From an uncultured Chloroflexia bacterium (GTDB lineage Bacteria; Chloroflexota; Anaerolineae; Anaerolineales; UBA4823), in contig CAVRYZ010000006.1 in the NCBI GenBank assembly GCA_963725685.1, positions 10,684 to 74,683 of the forward strand: a stretch of DNA of 64,000 bases. The letters are read 5' to 3'. Shown one piece after another: positions 28,527-39,875 of the stretch. The translations under genes and the position numbers were made by a program. Below the pieces are notes generated by a model. That model saw only the letters and a program-made list of their open reading frames with translations, made no database searches and had not been told where the DNA came from. Numbering within the stretch: the first letter of the stretch is position 1; each line of letters opens with the position of its first letter.

Positions 28527-30863
28527 TTAACTGCTATTTTTATCCTCTTCCTGCAAGTCCACCAGCATTCTTTGGTACACCTTGACATTCGTTGGGTTGA
28601 GTGCCAGGATTGTCATCAATGAATCAATAGCTTCTTTGCGATTTCCAGCCTGAATGTACATATCCTTGGATATCTCCAGCTGGTTGATAGCTTCCTCCTT
28701 GCGTCCTAACAGGCGGTAAATTTCAGCTAATCGCCGATAGAGGGTGGGTATATTTTGATTCTCGGCTATTTTTGTATTTATATATTCCAATGCTTCGGAG
28801 GTTCGATGGATACTGATGAGGTGATTCAGGTAATTATCCAATTCAGACATGGCCTGGTTTTCCTGCCCCAGGCGGATATTTAGATCAAATAACATGTCGC
28901 GCGCTTTTCCATCTTCAGGTTCTAAGGTGCGGATTTGCTCGAACACGCGAATTGCATTACGCCAATCCAGGCTTTGAATGTCTATATCCGCCATTCTGTG
29001 CATCAGCTTCACTTTGGTATTCCGGTCAATGTTCGATTGTTGTGCGTATCGATACGCAGTCGTATATGTCTTACGAGCCATGGAAAGGTCAGCCAGATTG
29101 TAATACATCTCTGCCAGCTTACTATATTCCTGTATGGTATCCTGCGCATTTCCATGGGCTACCAGGAGATCAATCAGGTTATTGCGTGCTTCCATATCAA
29201 CAGGGTTTAATTCACAAATGCGCTGATATAGACTGATTGCCCGTTTAGTCTCTCCACGGGTATCATAACTTCGGGCGACAATTGAATATTTCAGTACTGC
29301 TTCAGGGACCAGATTTTCCTGGACCAATAAATCTCCAATGCAAATGTGCAGGGGCAAGTAGGTGGGTGCATACTTTAGTGCATAAAAAGCTTCTTCCATT
29401 GCGGTTACCAGCTTATTGGAACGAGCCAGCTGGTTCACTTTTGCGAGAGATTCCACCAGCTGGCCACTGGTTGCCTCGGTCAGCATTTCTGCTAGAGGCA
29501 CTGGTGAGGCGCCTTCCGGTTGAGGTGGCAGCTGCTGACGTGCATTTTGGATTTGTGTTCGCCAATCCGGGCGGATCAGCAATCTGCTAATGTTCTCGCA
29601 GATTCTTTTTTGTAATTTCATGTCTGATGAGTGGGTATATGATTCGATCAACGGTTCATATAATTGCCTCAATACCTCAGACTGATCTGCCGATACACTC
29701 TCAGCATCAGCAATGCGGAGGGCTTCCAGGTATTGTATTGAAGCATCTTTGATCGAATCCATTTTATATAACGTCAAAGCCAGCAGAAGGCGGGCACCGA
29801 GGTTGAATAATTCATGCTGCACTGACTTGGTAATATTGATCACTGCATAATCCAGCTGATCAGTCTTGGATTGCAGGAATCCCAATAAAAAATAAGCAGC
29901 CGAGCTATCCAGACCTGCCTCCATGGCGTTCTCAAGCTCTGGGATTGCATTTTTTTCCTGTCCATGGGATTGCATATCAATCGCCTGGCTCAGGTGAAGG
30001 ATGATCTTGGCTTGATCATATTGAGGCTGATCATAACTGCTCGTGCCTTTTACAATGGGGGAAAATCCCTGACTGACTTGCTGAGTTCCCTGGGCTTCTT
30101 CCTGCTCGAAAAGTAGTTCGGCGAGCAATGTCAATGCTTTTTGTTTAGCATCTTGAATCGGGTCGAGACGCGGGCGATCTACGTCTCCGCTTTTGGGTGA
30201 ATCCGCCTGGCGAACCTGCGACATCATCAGTGGTCCCGTGCCACCATGAGGGCGGCTTGGGCGGGGTAAAAGCTTCCCCGTCTCCAGGATTGCCAAAGCC
30301 AGGGTAGCTTCCTTGTTATTGGGGTCTACGTCCAAAGCGTGTTTAATGGTTTGGATCGCTTTTTGAATACTTCCCTGGCTTTGAAGCAGACTGGCGATGG
30401 AAATAAATTCAAGGATGGCGAGGGGAGTGCGACCGAGGCGTTCATATACCAGTGCAAGACGAGTGTGAGCGGTCATATTCTCAGGATTTATTGCTACCAC
30501 ATGTGACCAGCTGTGAATTGCTTTCTCTACATCTCTGTTACGGGCAAATAATTCGGCTACATCTATATAGGTTTTGGAAGCATTTCCCAAGTCACCCAAT
30601 CGCTCCTGGATTTCCGCAACTTTTTGCAATGGAATAGGGTCAGTGGGAGATAGTTGAGCGGCACGTAGGTAAAAATTAAGTGCTTCAGGGTATTTCTGAA
30701 GCTCAAATAGTGCCAATGCCAGGCTGGTCAGCGCATTAAGATTCTCCGGGAATTCACTTATCGCCATCCGATAATACGTTGAAGCAGTCTGCCAATCCTG
30801 ATCCCAGGCAGCAGAATGGCCCTGATTCATTGCATCCTGATACTTTTGCTGATCACCACTCAT
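28527..30863 (-). CDS. large tetratricopeptide-repeat protein
   Basis: Many TPR-like 34-aa helical repeats (A...Y..A....P). Confidence 0.85.
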   Translation of the reverse strand: MSGDQQKYQDAMNQGHSAAWDQDWQTASTYYRMAISEFPENLNALTSLALALFELQKYPEALNFYLRAAQLSPTDPIPLQKVAEIQERLGDLGNASKTYIDVAELFARNRDVEKAIHSWSHVVAINPENMTAHTRLALVYERLGRTPLAILEFISIASLLQSQGSIQKAIQTIKHALDVDPNNKEATLALAILETGKLLPRPSRPHGGTGPLMMSQVRQADSPKSGDVDRPRLDPIQDAKQKALTLLAELLFEQEEAQGTQQVSQGFSPIVKGTSSYDQPQYDQAKIILHLSQAIDMQSHGQEKNAIPELENAMEAGLDSSAAYFLLGFLQSKTDQLDYAVINITKSVQHELFNLGARLLLALTLYKMDSIKDASIQYLEALRIADAESVSADQSEVLRQLYEPLIESYTHSSDMKLQKRICENISRLLIRPDWRTQIQNARQQLPPQPEGASPVPLAEMLTEATSGQLVESLAKVNQLARSNKLVTAMEEAFYALKYAPTYLPLHICIGDLLVQENLVPEAVLKYSIVARSYDTRGETKRAISLYQRICELNPVDMEARNNLIDLLVAHGNAQDTIQEYSKLAEMYYNLADLSMARKTYTTAYRYAQQSNIDRNTKVKLMHRMADIDIQSLDWRNAIRVFEQIRTLEPEDGKARDMLFDLNIRLGQENQAMSELDNYLNHLISIHRTSEALEYINTKIAENQNIPTLYRRLAEIYRLLGRKEEAINQLEISKDMYIQAGNRKEAIDSLMTILALNPTNVKVYQRMLVDLQEEDKNSS

Positions 30864-30872
30864 AATTGCATC

Positions 30873-33671
30873 CTATTCCTCTAGTACAGATAAATCTCCC
30901 CAATCGTGGCCTGAACGTGCTTCGGTTTTAAGGGGGATAACCAAATTATAGGCATTTTCCATCATTGTGCGCACTAATTGTGCCGTCTTTTTCAACTCTT
31001 TTTGCGGGCACTCAAGCACAAGCTCATCATGTACCTGTAATAGCATGTGAGCATCTAATCCACTTTCTTTTAATGCATGTGATACCCTAGTCATGGCGAT
31101 CTTCATGATATCAGCAGCCGTTCCTTGAATGGGAGCATTAATCGCTTCGCGTTCTTCGCGGGCACGGGTAGCCTGATTGCCGCCTGATTTTAGTCCGGGG
31201 AAATAGCGTTTACGACCAAGAAGTGTCTCGACGTAACCCTGTTTGGCTGCCAGGCGACGCATATTATCCAGGTAACCTTTCACGCCGGGGAATTGCTGAA
31301 AATATGCTTCAACGAAATCTTCTGCCTCTGCCAGAGTAAGATCGCTGCTGCGTGTGAGTCCGAATGGGCTCATCCCATAAAGCAAGCCAAAATTGATGGC
31401 TTTGGCGTTGCGCCTTTCATCCTTGGTGACCTGATCGAGGGTCTTACCCAGGATGGCTGCCGCCGTGGCCGTGTGAATATCCTGATTGGCGCGGAACGCC
31501 GCTAGCATGGCTTGATCGTTGGACATATGGGCTGCAATCCGCAGCTCCACTTGCGAATAATCCACGGAGAGTAAGGTGAGCCCGGATCCAGCGATGAACG
31601 CCTGGCGGACCTGGCGCCCAAGCTCGCTGCGGATGGGGATGTTTTGAAGGTTTGGATCCGAGGACGCAATTCTGCCGGTAACGGCACCGGCTTGATTGTA
31701 TGAAGTATGTACACGGCCTGTGAGAGGGTTTACTTGCTCAGGTAAAGCATCCAGGTAAGTGGATTTCAGCTTGGAAAGCTCACGATACTCGAGTAAGAGA
31801 TCGACTACAGGATGTTTACCTTTCAATGTTTCCAGCACCTCGGCTGAAGTGGAGAAATTCCCTGCTTCTGTCCGCTTCGTACGATCTGGAGGCACCAATT
31901 TCAAGCGGTTAAAAATAGCGTGAGATAATTGTTGGGTTGAGTTAATATTAAAACGCTCGCCAACATATTCGTAAACCTTATTTTCCAAATCATCCATACG
32001 GGTTTGCAGTTCGCCTGACATACGCCGCAGGAAATTCGTATCCAATGCAATCCCAGCCATCTCCATATCTGCGAGCACAGGGACGAGCGGCATTTCGATC
32101 TCTTCAAACAATTTCAACTCAGCGTTAGCTGCCAACTCTGTTTGCAAACCTGGGAACAAGCGGATCACCGCGATAGCATCCATGGCAGCATAAGAAGCTG
32201 CTTTTTCAATGGGCACCTGGTCCATGGTGATCTGTTTCTTACCCGTTCCAATCAATTCCGCAATCTCGGTCATGCGAAAATCCAACCGCACCCAGGCAAG
32301 GTTTTTTAGCCCCAAATTGTGGGAGGTGGGATTTGTCAGCCACTCGGCGATCATGGTATCGAAGGTGAGGGGTGTTGGGCGCAAACCATTTCTGACCAAC
32401 ATGACGAAGTCATATTTAAGGTTATGGCCAATTTTATGAATCTTGGGATTGGTCAGGGGTTCTCTTAATGCATCGATGACTTGCTTGAGCGGAAGCTGTT
32501 GACCGGGTTCTGCCTGGTGACCCACTGGAATATACCATCCCTCACCAGCGTCCACTGCCAGTGAAATTCCGACTAGGTCAGCCCGCATCTGGTCTGTGGA
32601 AGTGGTTTCTGTGTCAAAAGAGATGATTTTGGCACTATTCAGGTGTATTAATAATTCTTGCAAACTGTGCTCGTCATTGACAACATGAACGGTGATCTGG
32701 CCTTCTTGCTTGGGAATAGGCTTAGATTCTGTTGAGGCAGTAGCGAATAATGATAGTTGCTCTTGTTTTTTCGAGCTGGATTTTCCAAATGCAGGGTACA
32801 GCGCGGCCAGGCGACCCATCAAAGATCGAAATTCAAGCTCGCGAAATAATGCTTCCACCCGGGCTGGATCGAATTTCTCAGTACGCGCCATGTCCAGGTC
32901 TAATTTAACTTCTAGGTCGGTGACAATGGTGGCTAATTTCTGGCTTAGATAAGCATTATCCTTATTTATTTCTAGTTTCTTGCGCGTACTTTCAGAAACC
33001 TCACTCAGGTGGGAGTATATGCCATCCAAAGTCTGGTAGGTGTTTAGCAATGCGGCTGCAGTCTTCTCACCAATGCCAGCCACTCCCGGGATATTATCTG
33101 ATTTATCTCCCACCAGGGCTTTATAATCAACCACCTGGTCGGGTTTAACTCCAAAATAATCGATCACATCTTTGGTAAAAAAATCCCTAGCGTCGGCAAT
33201 GGTTTTACCAGGCAAATTCACCAGGATGCGGTCATCGACCAGCTGAAGCAGATCGCGATCTCCGGTGATGATTTTTACTCCAAAACCTTCGGCTGCCAGG
33301 TGATGTGCAAGGCTACCCAATACGTCATCTGCTTCATAACCTTCCAGCTCAAGGCGGGGAATATTGAAAGCATCCACGATTTGCCGAATGCGCTCCATTT
33401 GAGGGCGCAGGTCTTCAGGCATCTTGGCACGCGTTCCTTTATATTCAGGGAAGAGCTTGTCGCGAAACGTTTTCCCGGTATCAAAAGTCACTGCCAGATA
33501 ATCTGGATGATCCTGTTCAAGCAAACGCAACAAGATAGAGGTGAACCCGAATACACCAGCCGTGGGTTCGCCCCCATGCGTGGTGAAAGCGGTAGAAGAA
33601 CCTCGCGTAAGAGCAAAATAAGCCCTGTAAGCCAGAGCATGTCCATCAAGTAAATAAATAATAGGAGGCAT
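30873..33671 (-). CDS. polA: DNA polymerase I
   Basis: 5'-3' exo (DGHALAYRA, EADD, GDKSDNIPGV), 3'-5' exo DTETT, DYSQVELR, KAINFGLLYG, QVHDEL. Confidence 0.98.
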   Translation of the reverse strand: MPPIIYLLDGHALAYRAYFALTRGSSTAFTTHGGEPTAGVFGFTSILLRLLEQDHPDYLAVTFDTGKTFRDKLFPEYKGTRAKMPEDLRPQMERIRQIVDAFNIPRLELEGYEADDVLGSLAHHLAAEGFGVKIITGDRDLLQLVDDRILVNLPGKTIADARDFFTKDVIDYFGVKPDQVVDYKALVGDKSDNIPGVAGIGEKTAAALLNTYQTLDGIYSHLSEVSESTRKKLEINKDNAYLSQKLATIVTDLEVKLDLDMARTEKFDPARVEALFRELEFRSLMGRLAALYPAFGKSSSKKQEQLSLFATASTESKPIPKQEGQITVHVVNDEHSLQELLIHLNSAKIISFDTETTSTDQMRADLVGISLAVDAGEGWYIPVGHQAEPGQQLPLKQVIDALREPLTNPKIHKIGHNLKYDFVMLVRNGLRPTPLTFDTMIAEWLTNPTSHNLGLKNLAWVRLDFRMTEIAELIGTGKKQITMDQVPIEKAASYAAMDAIAVIRLFPGLQTELAANAELKLFEEIEMPLVPVLADMEMAGIALDTNFLRRMSGELQTRMDDLENKVYEYVGERFNINSTQQLSHAIFNRLKLVPPDRTKRTEAGNFSTSAEVLETLKGKHPVVDLLLEYRELSKLKSTYLDALPEQVNPLTGRVHTSYNQAGAVTGRIASSDPNLQNIPIRSELGRQVRQAFIAGSGLTLLSVDYSQVELRIAAHMSNDQAMLAAFRANQDIHTATAAAILGKTLDQVTKDERRNAKAINFGLLYGMSPFGLTRSSDLTLAEAEDFVEAYFQQFPGVKGYLDNMRRLAAKQGYVETLLGRKRYFPGLKSGGNQATRAREEREAINAPIQGTAADIMKIAMTRVSHALKESGLDAHMLLQVHDELVLECPQKELKKTAQLVRTMMENAYNLVIPLKTEARSGHDWGDLSVLEE

Positions 33672-33909
33672 AGCTGTCTTTTATATTTGCTATTTGCAAG
33701 TTTTACGCCTGTTAAGCAGGTGTGGTTGATTGTTATCGTTGCCACCTGATTCAAGATGCCAGGTGAGATAAAATCTCCAAAGGAAATATTATATATCTGT
33801 TTACACCCTTCGGGGGATCAGTTTATCATGCGCTAATCTTTGCTGCAATGCCCTTTCGATTAAATCATCTTTTAACTTGACAGGGCAATATTGACACTGC
33901 CGAATTTAC

Positions 33910-35559
33910 ATGATAATGTATAACAGGATGGAAAAGCTGAGACGACTTTTCCGCTTGATTTTTGTGTACCTATTCCTGATTATTACTCTAATCGGAACAG
34001 GAGCTGTTCGCGCTGCGGGAGATACCAGTGGGGAAATTGCTCGCAAATCTACCATTGTAATCACGTATACAAGGTATGAATGGTGGCTGCTACAATGGTC
34101 CAATAATAACCTTTTATGCCATGTGTACATCGATCATGAAGGCTGGCCGACAGCAGAAGAAGTATTAACAGATTGCGGCGGCACAATATATAAGCAATGG
34201 ATCAATACTCAAGCGTGTTCTGGCCTGGGCGAAGGCGATATCTCACCATCAGGCTGCGTCGGCTTGTATTTATATTTTATTGGCAGTGCACCTGCAGAGA
34301 AGACAATCGAGGTCGATTTACCCCCCTCACAAATATCTGTAGCTTTAGGTGGGTGTATACCGGTTCCGCCGGAAAATCTATGCCAGACCATACCCAGCCT
34401 CCACCTTGAGGGAATTGAACCTCTTCCAAATGAGCAAATCACAGCGATCCACGTAAAGTTTGATGGGGTCGAAACAACCTGCCTTGGAAATACATGTGAT
34501 GTGCTTTTACATCCAACCCGCTTAATAGGCACGACGGTTGAATTCTGGGCTGATTCGAGTTTTGGGGATACTAGCGCCACGTTCACCGCCATGGTGAGGG
34601 TGATTGATAGTGGTGTGACTGCCTCCCCGACAACTGGGGGTTGGTATGTAGACGTGATATCCGCTCAATGGCAGGGGAACGAGCTCGCCACTTGCTCTCA
34701 GGTATGGCAGGCATTTCCACCGGTGGGGGGTGTGCCCGATTGGTTATCCACCCCTGAAGATACAGCTTTCCTGGCGACGGAACAGCCGTATTCTTACCTG
34801 GCTGGCCGGCTGATTGCCCAGGGTGCAGTGGATGCTTCATCCTGCTCAACAGGGGGTTTGCTCTCGAATGGTTACGCGGATAACTGTGGAATGGATGTGG
34901 CTATGCCGGAGGTCATTATCTGGCAAAACCAATTCGACGACCAGATCATGCAAGTTGCTAATGAGGTCAAAGTACCTGCACAGTTGTTGAAGAATATTTT
35001 CGCTCAGGAAAGCCAGTTTTGGCCGGGTGTATTCCGACAACCCAAGGAATTCGGATTGGGGCAGATCACTGATAACGGGGCGGATGCGCTCTTGCTTTGG
35101 AATCCATCATTTTTCAATCAATTCTGCCCCCTGGTGCTCGATCGAGAGACATGCTCAATCGGTTATCTCAAGCTGGATGCTGAGAATCAAGCCATCCTGC
35201 GCGGTGCATTGGCGACCAGTGCAGCTGCTGAATGTGAGAGCTGTGAATTTGGGATTGACTTAACCAGTATATCCAGCAGCATAAACCTGGTAGCGCACAC
35301 CATGCTGGCAAATTGTGAGCAAGTGGCTCAAATTGTTTATAATGCCACCGGCAAAATTGCTGGCGAAGTTTCCAGTTATGAAGAGTTATGGAAATTTACG
35401 ATTGCGGATTATCACGTTGGCTCAGGCTGCCTGTCCTACGCCATGTACACTACCTGGGCAGCAAAATCTACGATGGATTGGGAGCACGTCTCCACACATC
35501 TCACTCAGCCTTGTGAGACGGTGATCCCTTATGTGACCCAGGTGATTTCTATCCCCTGA
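33910..35559 (+). CDS. secreted Cys-rich protein with SLT/lysozyme-like motif
   Basis: Signal peptide; many Cys; VPAQLLKNIFAQESQF...GLGQIT and ADYHVG motifs. Confidence 0.5.
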   Translation: MIMYNRMEKLRRLFRLIFVYLFLIITLIGTGAVRAAGDTSGEIARKSTIVITYTRYEWWLLQWSNNNLLCHVYIDHEGWPTAEEVLTDCGGTIYKQWINTQACSGLGEGDISPSGCVGLYLYFIGSAPAEKTIEVDLPPSQISVALGGCIPVPPENLCQTIPSLHLEGIEPLPNEQITAIHVKFDGVETTCLGNTCDVLLHPTRLIGTTVEFWADSSFGDTSATFTAMVRVIDSGVTASPTTGGWYVDVISAQWQGNELATCSQVWQAFPPVGGVPDWLSTPEDTAFLATEQPYSYLAGRLIAQGAVDASSCSTGGLLSNGYADNCGMDVAMPEVIIWQNQFDDQIMQVANEVKVPAQLLKNIFAQESQFWPGVFRQPKEFGLGQITDNGADALLLWNPSFFNQFCPLVLDRETCSIGYLKLDAENQAILRGALATSAAAECESCEFGIDLTSISSSINLVAHTMLANCEQVAQIVYNATGKIAGEVSSYEELWKFTIADYHVGSGCLSYAMYTTWAAKSTMDWEHVSTHLTQPCETVIPYVTQVISIP

Positions 35560-35594
35560 ACACCCGTCTGATTCGGATTATTTCTTCGCGAGAC

Positions 35595-35789
35595 TTACTT
35601 TTTCCCCAACAATCGAATCAGCTGTAAGAACTCCTCCCATTCTTCGGTGAAGAAATGGACGGTAACATTATTTAATTCCAGGTGATACGTGGTTTCTCCA
35701 TCCGGTTCATCGGCCTTCCAAACCTGATAATGTAGATTATCAGTCTCTGCAAGTACCTGTGTATTAAAATCCATATCATGTTCTGGCAT
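35595..35789 (-). CDS. small acidic hypothetical protein
   Basis: RBS-like AAGGGA before ATG; co-oriented with the M23 gene; plausible protein sequence. Confidence 0.65.
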   Translation of the reverse strand: MPEHDMDFNTQVLAETDNLHYQVWKADEPDGETTYHLELNNVTVHFFTEEWEEFLQLIRLLGKK

Positions 35790-35851
35790 TGCATTCCCTT
35801 TCATTATTTCTTTAAGCGCATTTGAATTGTTGTGTATTTTATAGGATATTT

Positions 35852-36988
35852 TTATGGTAAAACGTACCAGGGATTGATAAACCCACCCAGATAGCGCACC
35901 TCAAAATGGAGATGCGCCCCAGTTGAATTGCCTGTGCTACCTACCGCACCAATATAGGAACCTGTATATACACTTTGACCACAACCAGTACTGACCGTAC
36001 TCAAGTGAGCGTATAAAGTCTGATATCCATTGCCATGGTCAATCATCACCATATAACCATAACCACCGTTAGCCCAACCCGCGAAAACGATCACACCGGC
36101 ATCGGAGGCAAAAACTCCATCCCCGAGGGAGCCTGCGATATCTATTCCAAGGTGACCTGACCAATAATCATTACCCGAAAGGGAATGAGAAGCCGTTGGC
36201 CAGGCAAATGCACCAGACCCATACGCACCATCATAATTACCCTCACAGGCACCTGTACCGAGAACTGATTTAGAAACCCCCGAATTGGCTCGGGCAATGG
36301 TAGGTACCACCCACTGGCGATATTCACGATGACCTTTTGGGACCATGATCCATTGATCTGGTTCGACCTGGGGATTGGTCAGGTCAAAATTATTACCTTC
36401 CCAGCTGAGGATATCCTGCACTGTGGCATCGAATTTCGCAGCTACTGAATCCAGTGTGTCACCTTCCTGCCACTGGTAATATACTCCATCGACAGGCGGT
36501 ACATTTAGCGTCATCCCAGGGTCGAGCATATCAGGCGAGTCATTCAGCTGATCATAGTTCGCCCACAGGACGGTTTCGGGGTGAAGGTTAAAGCTCTGGG
36601 CAATGCCAAATACCGAATCACCGGTAGTGACCGAGTATTCAATCACCTCGGTGCGCGAGCGGGAAGGGATATTTGTATGCAGTGTTGTCCGCCGGATAAC
36701 CCCTTCTGCAGGTATCCCTCGAAAATAACTGGGCAGGTCCGCGGCTACAGGGATAGACGCTACAACCGCTCTAGCATTCTCAGAGGTTCCATTGGGGGTC
36801 ACTTCGGGTGTTGCAGCCTGGCCTGATCGAGTGTGCCAGGCTAAATAACCGGCTAATAATACCAGGCTCATCGCCAGCATCCATATGCCAGCAAGCATTA
36901 TGCCATTAGGTTCACGCTGTGCTTTTATTACAGCGGGTTTGGGAGCAGGTGTTAATCTCCTGGAGGCTTTACTTCGCTTATCATCCAT
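35852..36988 (-). CDS. LysM-domain M23 metallopeptidase
   Basis: TM, two LysM repeats, HLGID, YAHL, HLHFE. Confidence 0.92.
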   Translation of the reverse strand: MDDKRSKASRRLTPAPKPAVIKAQREPNGIMLAGIWMLAMSLVLLAGYLAWHTRSGQAATPEVTPNGTSENARAVVASIPVAADLPSYFRGIPAEGVIRRTTLHTNIPSRSRTEVIEYSVTTGDSVFGIAQSFNLHPETVLWANYDQLNDSPDMLDPGMTLNVPPVDGVYYQWQEGDTLDSVAAKFDATVQDILSWEGNNFDLTNPQVEPDQWIMVPKGHREYRQWVVPTIARANSGVSKSVLGTGACEGNYDGAYGSGAFAWPTASHSLSGNDYWSGHLGIDIAGSLGDGVFASDAGVIVFAGWANGGYGYMVMIDHGNGYQTLYAHLSTVSTGCGQSVYTGSYIGAVGSTGNSTGAHLHFEVRYLGGFINPWYVLP

Positions 36989-37060
36989 GGGCAATACCAA
37001 TTATAGGCGCGTTTATTATAACTGCATTGTATTCAAACGCGGTTGATGACAATAAACAGA

Positions 37061-38341
37061 TTAATCCTGGTCTTCGTTAAGGGTTTCGAGGAAGGTAAGA
37101 TTATGATCAGTTTTAGAAAGACGCTGGAGGATGGCTTCTGTAGCGGTAGCAGGATCCATGCCGGCTCCAAACGGAGGGGCAGCGATCATCTGGTCATACA
37201 TGCGCCGCATGAGCCAGACCCGGGGGGTCAAATCGGGACCCAGCAAAAGCTCTTCACGCCGGGTGGAGGAGCGTTCGATGTCTATGGCAGGGAACACGCG
37301 CCGTTCTTGCAGTCGGCGGGAAAGCAGGAGCTCCATATTTCCGGTACCCTTGAACTCTTCGTAAACCACGTCATCCATGCGCGAGCCAGTGTCCACCAGG
37401 CAGGTGGCGATGATGGTAAGGGAGCCACCTTCTTCGATGTTACGGGCGGCGCCGAAGAATCGCTTGGGTGGATACAGTGCCGATGGATCTATACCACCGG
37501 ACAGTGTTCGCCCAGAAGGTGTCACCACCAGGTTATAAGCACGTGCCAGACGGGTGATTGAGTCCATCAGGATAACTACATCCCGACCAGTTTCGACAAT
37601 ACGTTTTGCACGTTCCAGGGCCATTTCAGCCACCCGCACGTGAGAAGTAACTGGCTCATCGAACGTGGAGGAGATCACTTCTGCATCCACAGATCGGTCC
37701 ATATCGGTGACTTCTTCAGGGCGCTCACCAATCAGGGCGACCATCAGGTAAACATCCGGATGATTGGTGGAGATCGCATTCGCCAGCTGTTTCAAAATTG
37801 TGGTTTTACCAGCCTTAGGAGGTGACACAATCAACCCTCGCTGCCCTCGTCCAATGGGTGTTACCATGTCAATCAAGCGTGTTGCCAGGGTATGGCGGTC
37901 GGTTTCCAGATTAAACCGTTTGTCCGGGAATATTGGGGTCAGGCTTTCAAAGGCTGGGCGATTACGTACCTCTTCGGGGTCAAAACCGTTGACGGTCTCA
38001 ACTTTGAGCAACCCATAATGTTTTTCAGATTCACGCGGCGGGCGTACATGACCAATAATCAGGTCACCATCCCTGAGGTTGTACCTTCGGATTTGAGATT
38101 GGGAAACGTAGACATCGAAAGCCCCGGGCTGGTAATGACCTGAACGCAGAAATCCCATCCCATCGCTCATGATTTCCAGGATGCCTCCACGCAGTTCAAG
38201 ACCGTCCCGCTCGGCTTCGGCTTGCTGTATTTTTAGAATTAAGTCGTCTTTTTTAAGCCGGTTGGCATTTTGAACATTCAGATCTCTGGCAATTTGACGC
38301 AGATGATCCAGGGGTGTAGTTTGTAATTCAATTACTTTCAT
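37061..38341 (-). CDS. rho: transcription termination factor Rho
   Basis: [40 protein letters not shown]. Confidence 0.98.
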   Translation of the reverse strand: MKVIELQTTPLDHLRQIARDLNVQNANRLKKDDLILKIQQAEAERDGLELRGGILEIMSDGMGFLRSGHYQPGAFDVYVSQSQIRRYNLRDGDLIIGHVRPPRESEKHYGLLKVETVNGFDPEEVRNRPAFESLTPIFPDKRFNLETDRHTLATRLIDMVTPIGRGQRGLIVSPPKAGKTTILKQLANAISTNHPDVYLMVALIGERPEEVTDMDRSVDAEVISSTFDEPVTSHVRVAEMALERAKRIVETGRDVVILMDSITRLARAYNLVVTPSGRTLSGGIDPSALYPPKRFFGAARNIEEGGSLTIIATCLVDTGSRMDDVVYEEFKGTGNMELLLSRRLQERRVFPAIDIERSSTRREELLLGPDLTPRVWLMRRMYDQMIAAPPFGAGMDPATATEAILQRLSKTDHNLTFLETLNEDQD

Positions 38342-38496
38342 ATTTTATCTTCCCTGAGGTAAGATTTTTAGGATTAACAAGATTTTATTTATTTTCTTTA
38401 GCCCCGCCGGATACAGCATTAAAAATAATAAAATGGCGGAAAGCCTGGAAAATATTTTGACTAGTTACTGGTAAGGGGGGAGTTTATAACCTTCTT

Positions 38497-38525
38497 ATTA
38501 TAGCATGTATGTTAGATTTAGGCAA
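38497..38525 (-). promoter_or_regulatory. sigma70-type promoter for rho
   Basis: TTGCCT-17 bp-TATAAT with extended TG. Confidence 0.65.
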
Positions 38526-38878
38526 TCAAACCGCAATGCTTTTTGCTAATATGCTTGTGTATTTTATCTCAAATAGCACCTTAGGCTGATTGCTAAAGTT
38601 AGGACGATCTACTACGATTGGTGATACCCCTTGAAATTCCAAGCTTTATTTATTTGGAGATTTGTTAATATTATGGTGATTTTTGTAAACAAATTAAATT
38701 GAATAGACTGGATTCACTGGTTTGATTTTATAAATTTGCCCCATGCATTTGATTGTTGAATTATACCTGACTTATATATCCATACTATATCACAAAGATG
38801 GTTCTTTTGTTATATTGGATATTGATCAGCACGGGCTATTTTCTAAATCGAAATTAATCAATGGTCCACTTTGGTTTA

Positions 38879-39295
38879 TCATGCATCTTTTATTGTATAT
38901 TTAAGCTCAATTTTACTGGCCTTACTGAGCATGGCTTGTACCGGGCAGTATTTTGTGGATGATAGTTCGATGCAACGTTCGACTGCTTTAGGCTCGACAT
39001 GGTGCCCTTCAATGAGATACTCAATGATGATATTAGTATACACTTTAGGGAATTTTGTTGCTCGGTCTGCGTGCACCTGGACTTCGAAAGCAGTCACATC
39101 CTGACGTTTCTTTTGGAGCAGTGAGATCACGTCCATCCCTGTGCAGCCTGCCAGGGCGATGGCAATCAGCTCCATGGGTTCAAAGCTTTCATTGTCACCT
39201 CCAGCAGCAGTTTCGGTACTTAAAGGGATGGTGATACCATTTAACCCAGTACTGGTAAATGAGAGTCTGTTCTTCCAAATTACTTTCGCTTCCAT
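38879..39295 (-). CDS. OsmC family protein
   Basis: PMEL...LAGCTGMDV and KYCPV. Confidence 0.92.
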   Translation of the reverse strand: MEAKVIWKNRLSFTSTGLNGITIPLSTETAAGGDNESFEPMELIAIALAGCTGMDVISLLQKKRQDVTAFEVQVHADRATKFPKVYTNIIIEYLIEGHHVEPKAVERCIELSSTKYCPVQAMLSKASKIELKYTIKDA

Positions 39296-39303
39296 ATTTT
39301 ATT

Positions 39304-39870
39304 TTACTCCAATAACGGAGTCAGATATTTTTCCAACATTTCCATGCTGATTGGACCCGTCCAGGCTAAGACCACATTTCCGTTATGATCGATCACGTAT
39401 GAGCTGGGCAAGCTGTCATTATGAAAAGAAATCAATGACTTATTGTTGGGGTCCAGCAGGATCGGAAAGGTGAGTCTATATTCATCGACGAATTTAGCCA
39501 CATCCCTGGCAGGATCACCTGCATCAATTCCGAACAACATAAAACCATGATCCGAATGGGCCTGGTAGTACTTCTGCAATGTAGGCATCTCCGCCTTGCA
39601 GGGTGGGCACCAGGTAGCCCAGTTGTTGATCAGGACGATGTCTTGGCGGTAATCAGATATGTTAATTACATTACCTTTCAGGTCGTTTAATTTTAACTCA
39701 GGTACCGGAAAATTCACCACGGACGGGACGACCGAAATCTCTTTGGTTAAGTTCCCGCTAGTGATCACCTTTGCCGAGACTAATCCAAGGATGATCAGTC
39801 CCAGACCGATTATGGCCAGCGGGATTAATTTATGCGCTTTTGCCTTTTGCTGATTGGTGGATTGATCCAT
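39304..39870 (-). CDS. TlpA/ResA-like membrane thiol-disulfide oxidoreductase
   Basis: TM anchor, NNWATWCPPCKAEMP. Confidence 0.93.
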   Translation of the reverse strand: MDQSTNQQKAKAHKLIPLAIIGLGLIILGLVSAKVITSGNLTKEISVVPSVVNFPVPELKLNDLKGNVINISDYRQDIVLINNWATWCPPCKAEMPTLQKYYQAHSDHGFMLFGIDAGDPARDVAKFVDEYRLTFPILLDPNNKSLISFHNDSLPSSYVIDHNGNVVLAWTGPISMEMLEKYLTPLLE

Positions 39871-39875
39871 CAGAG

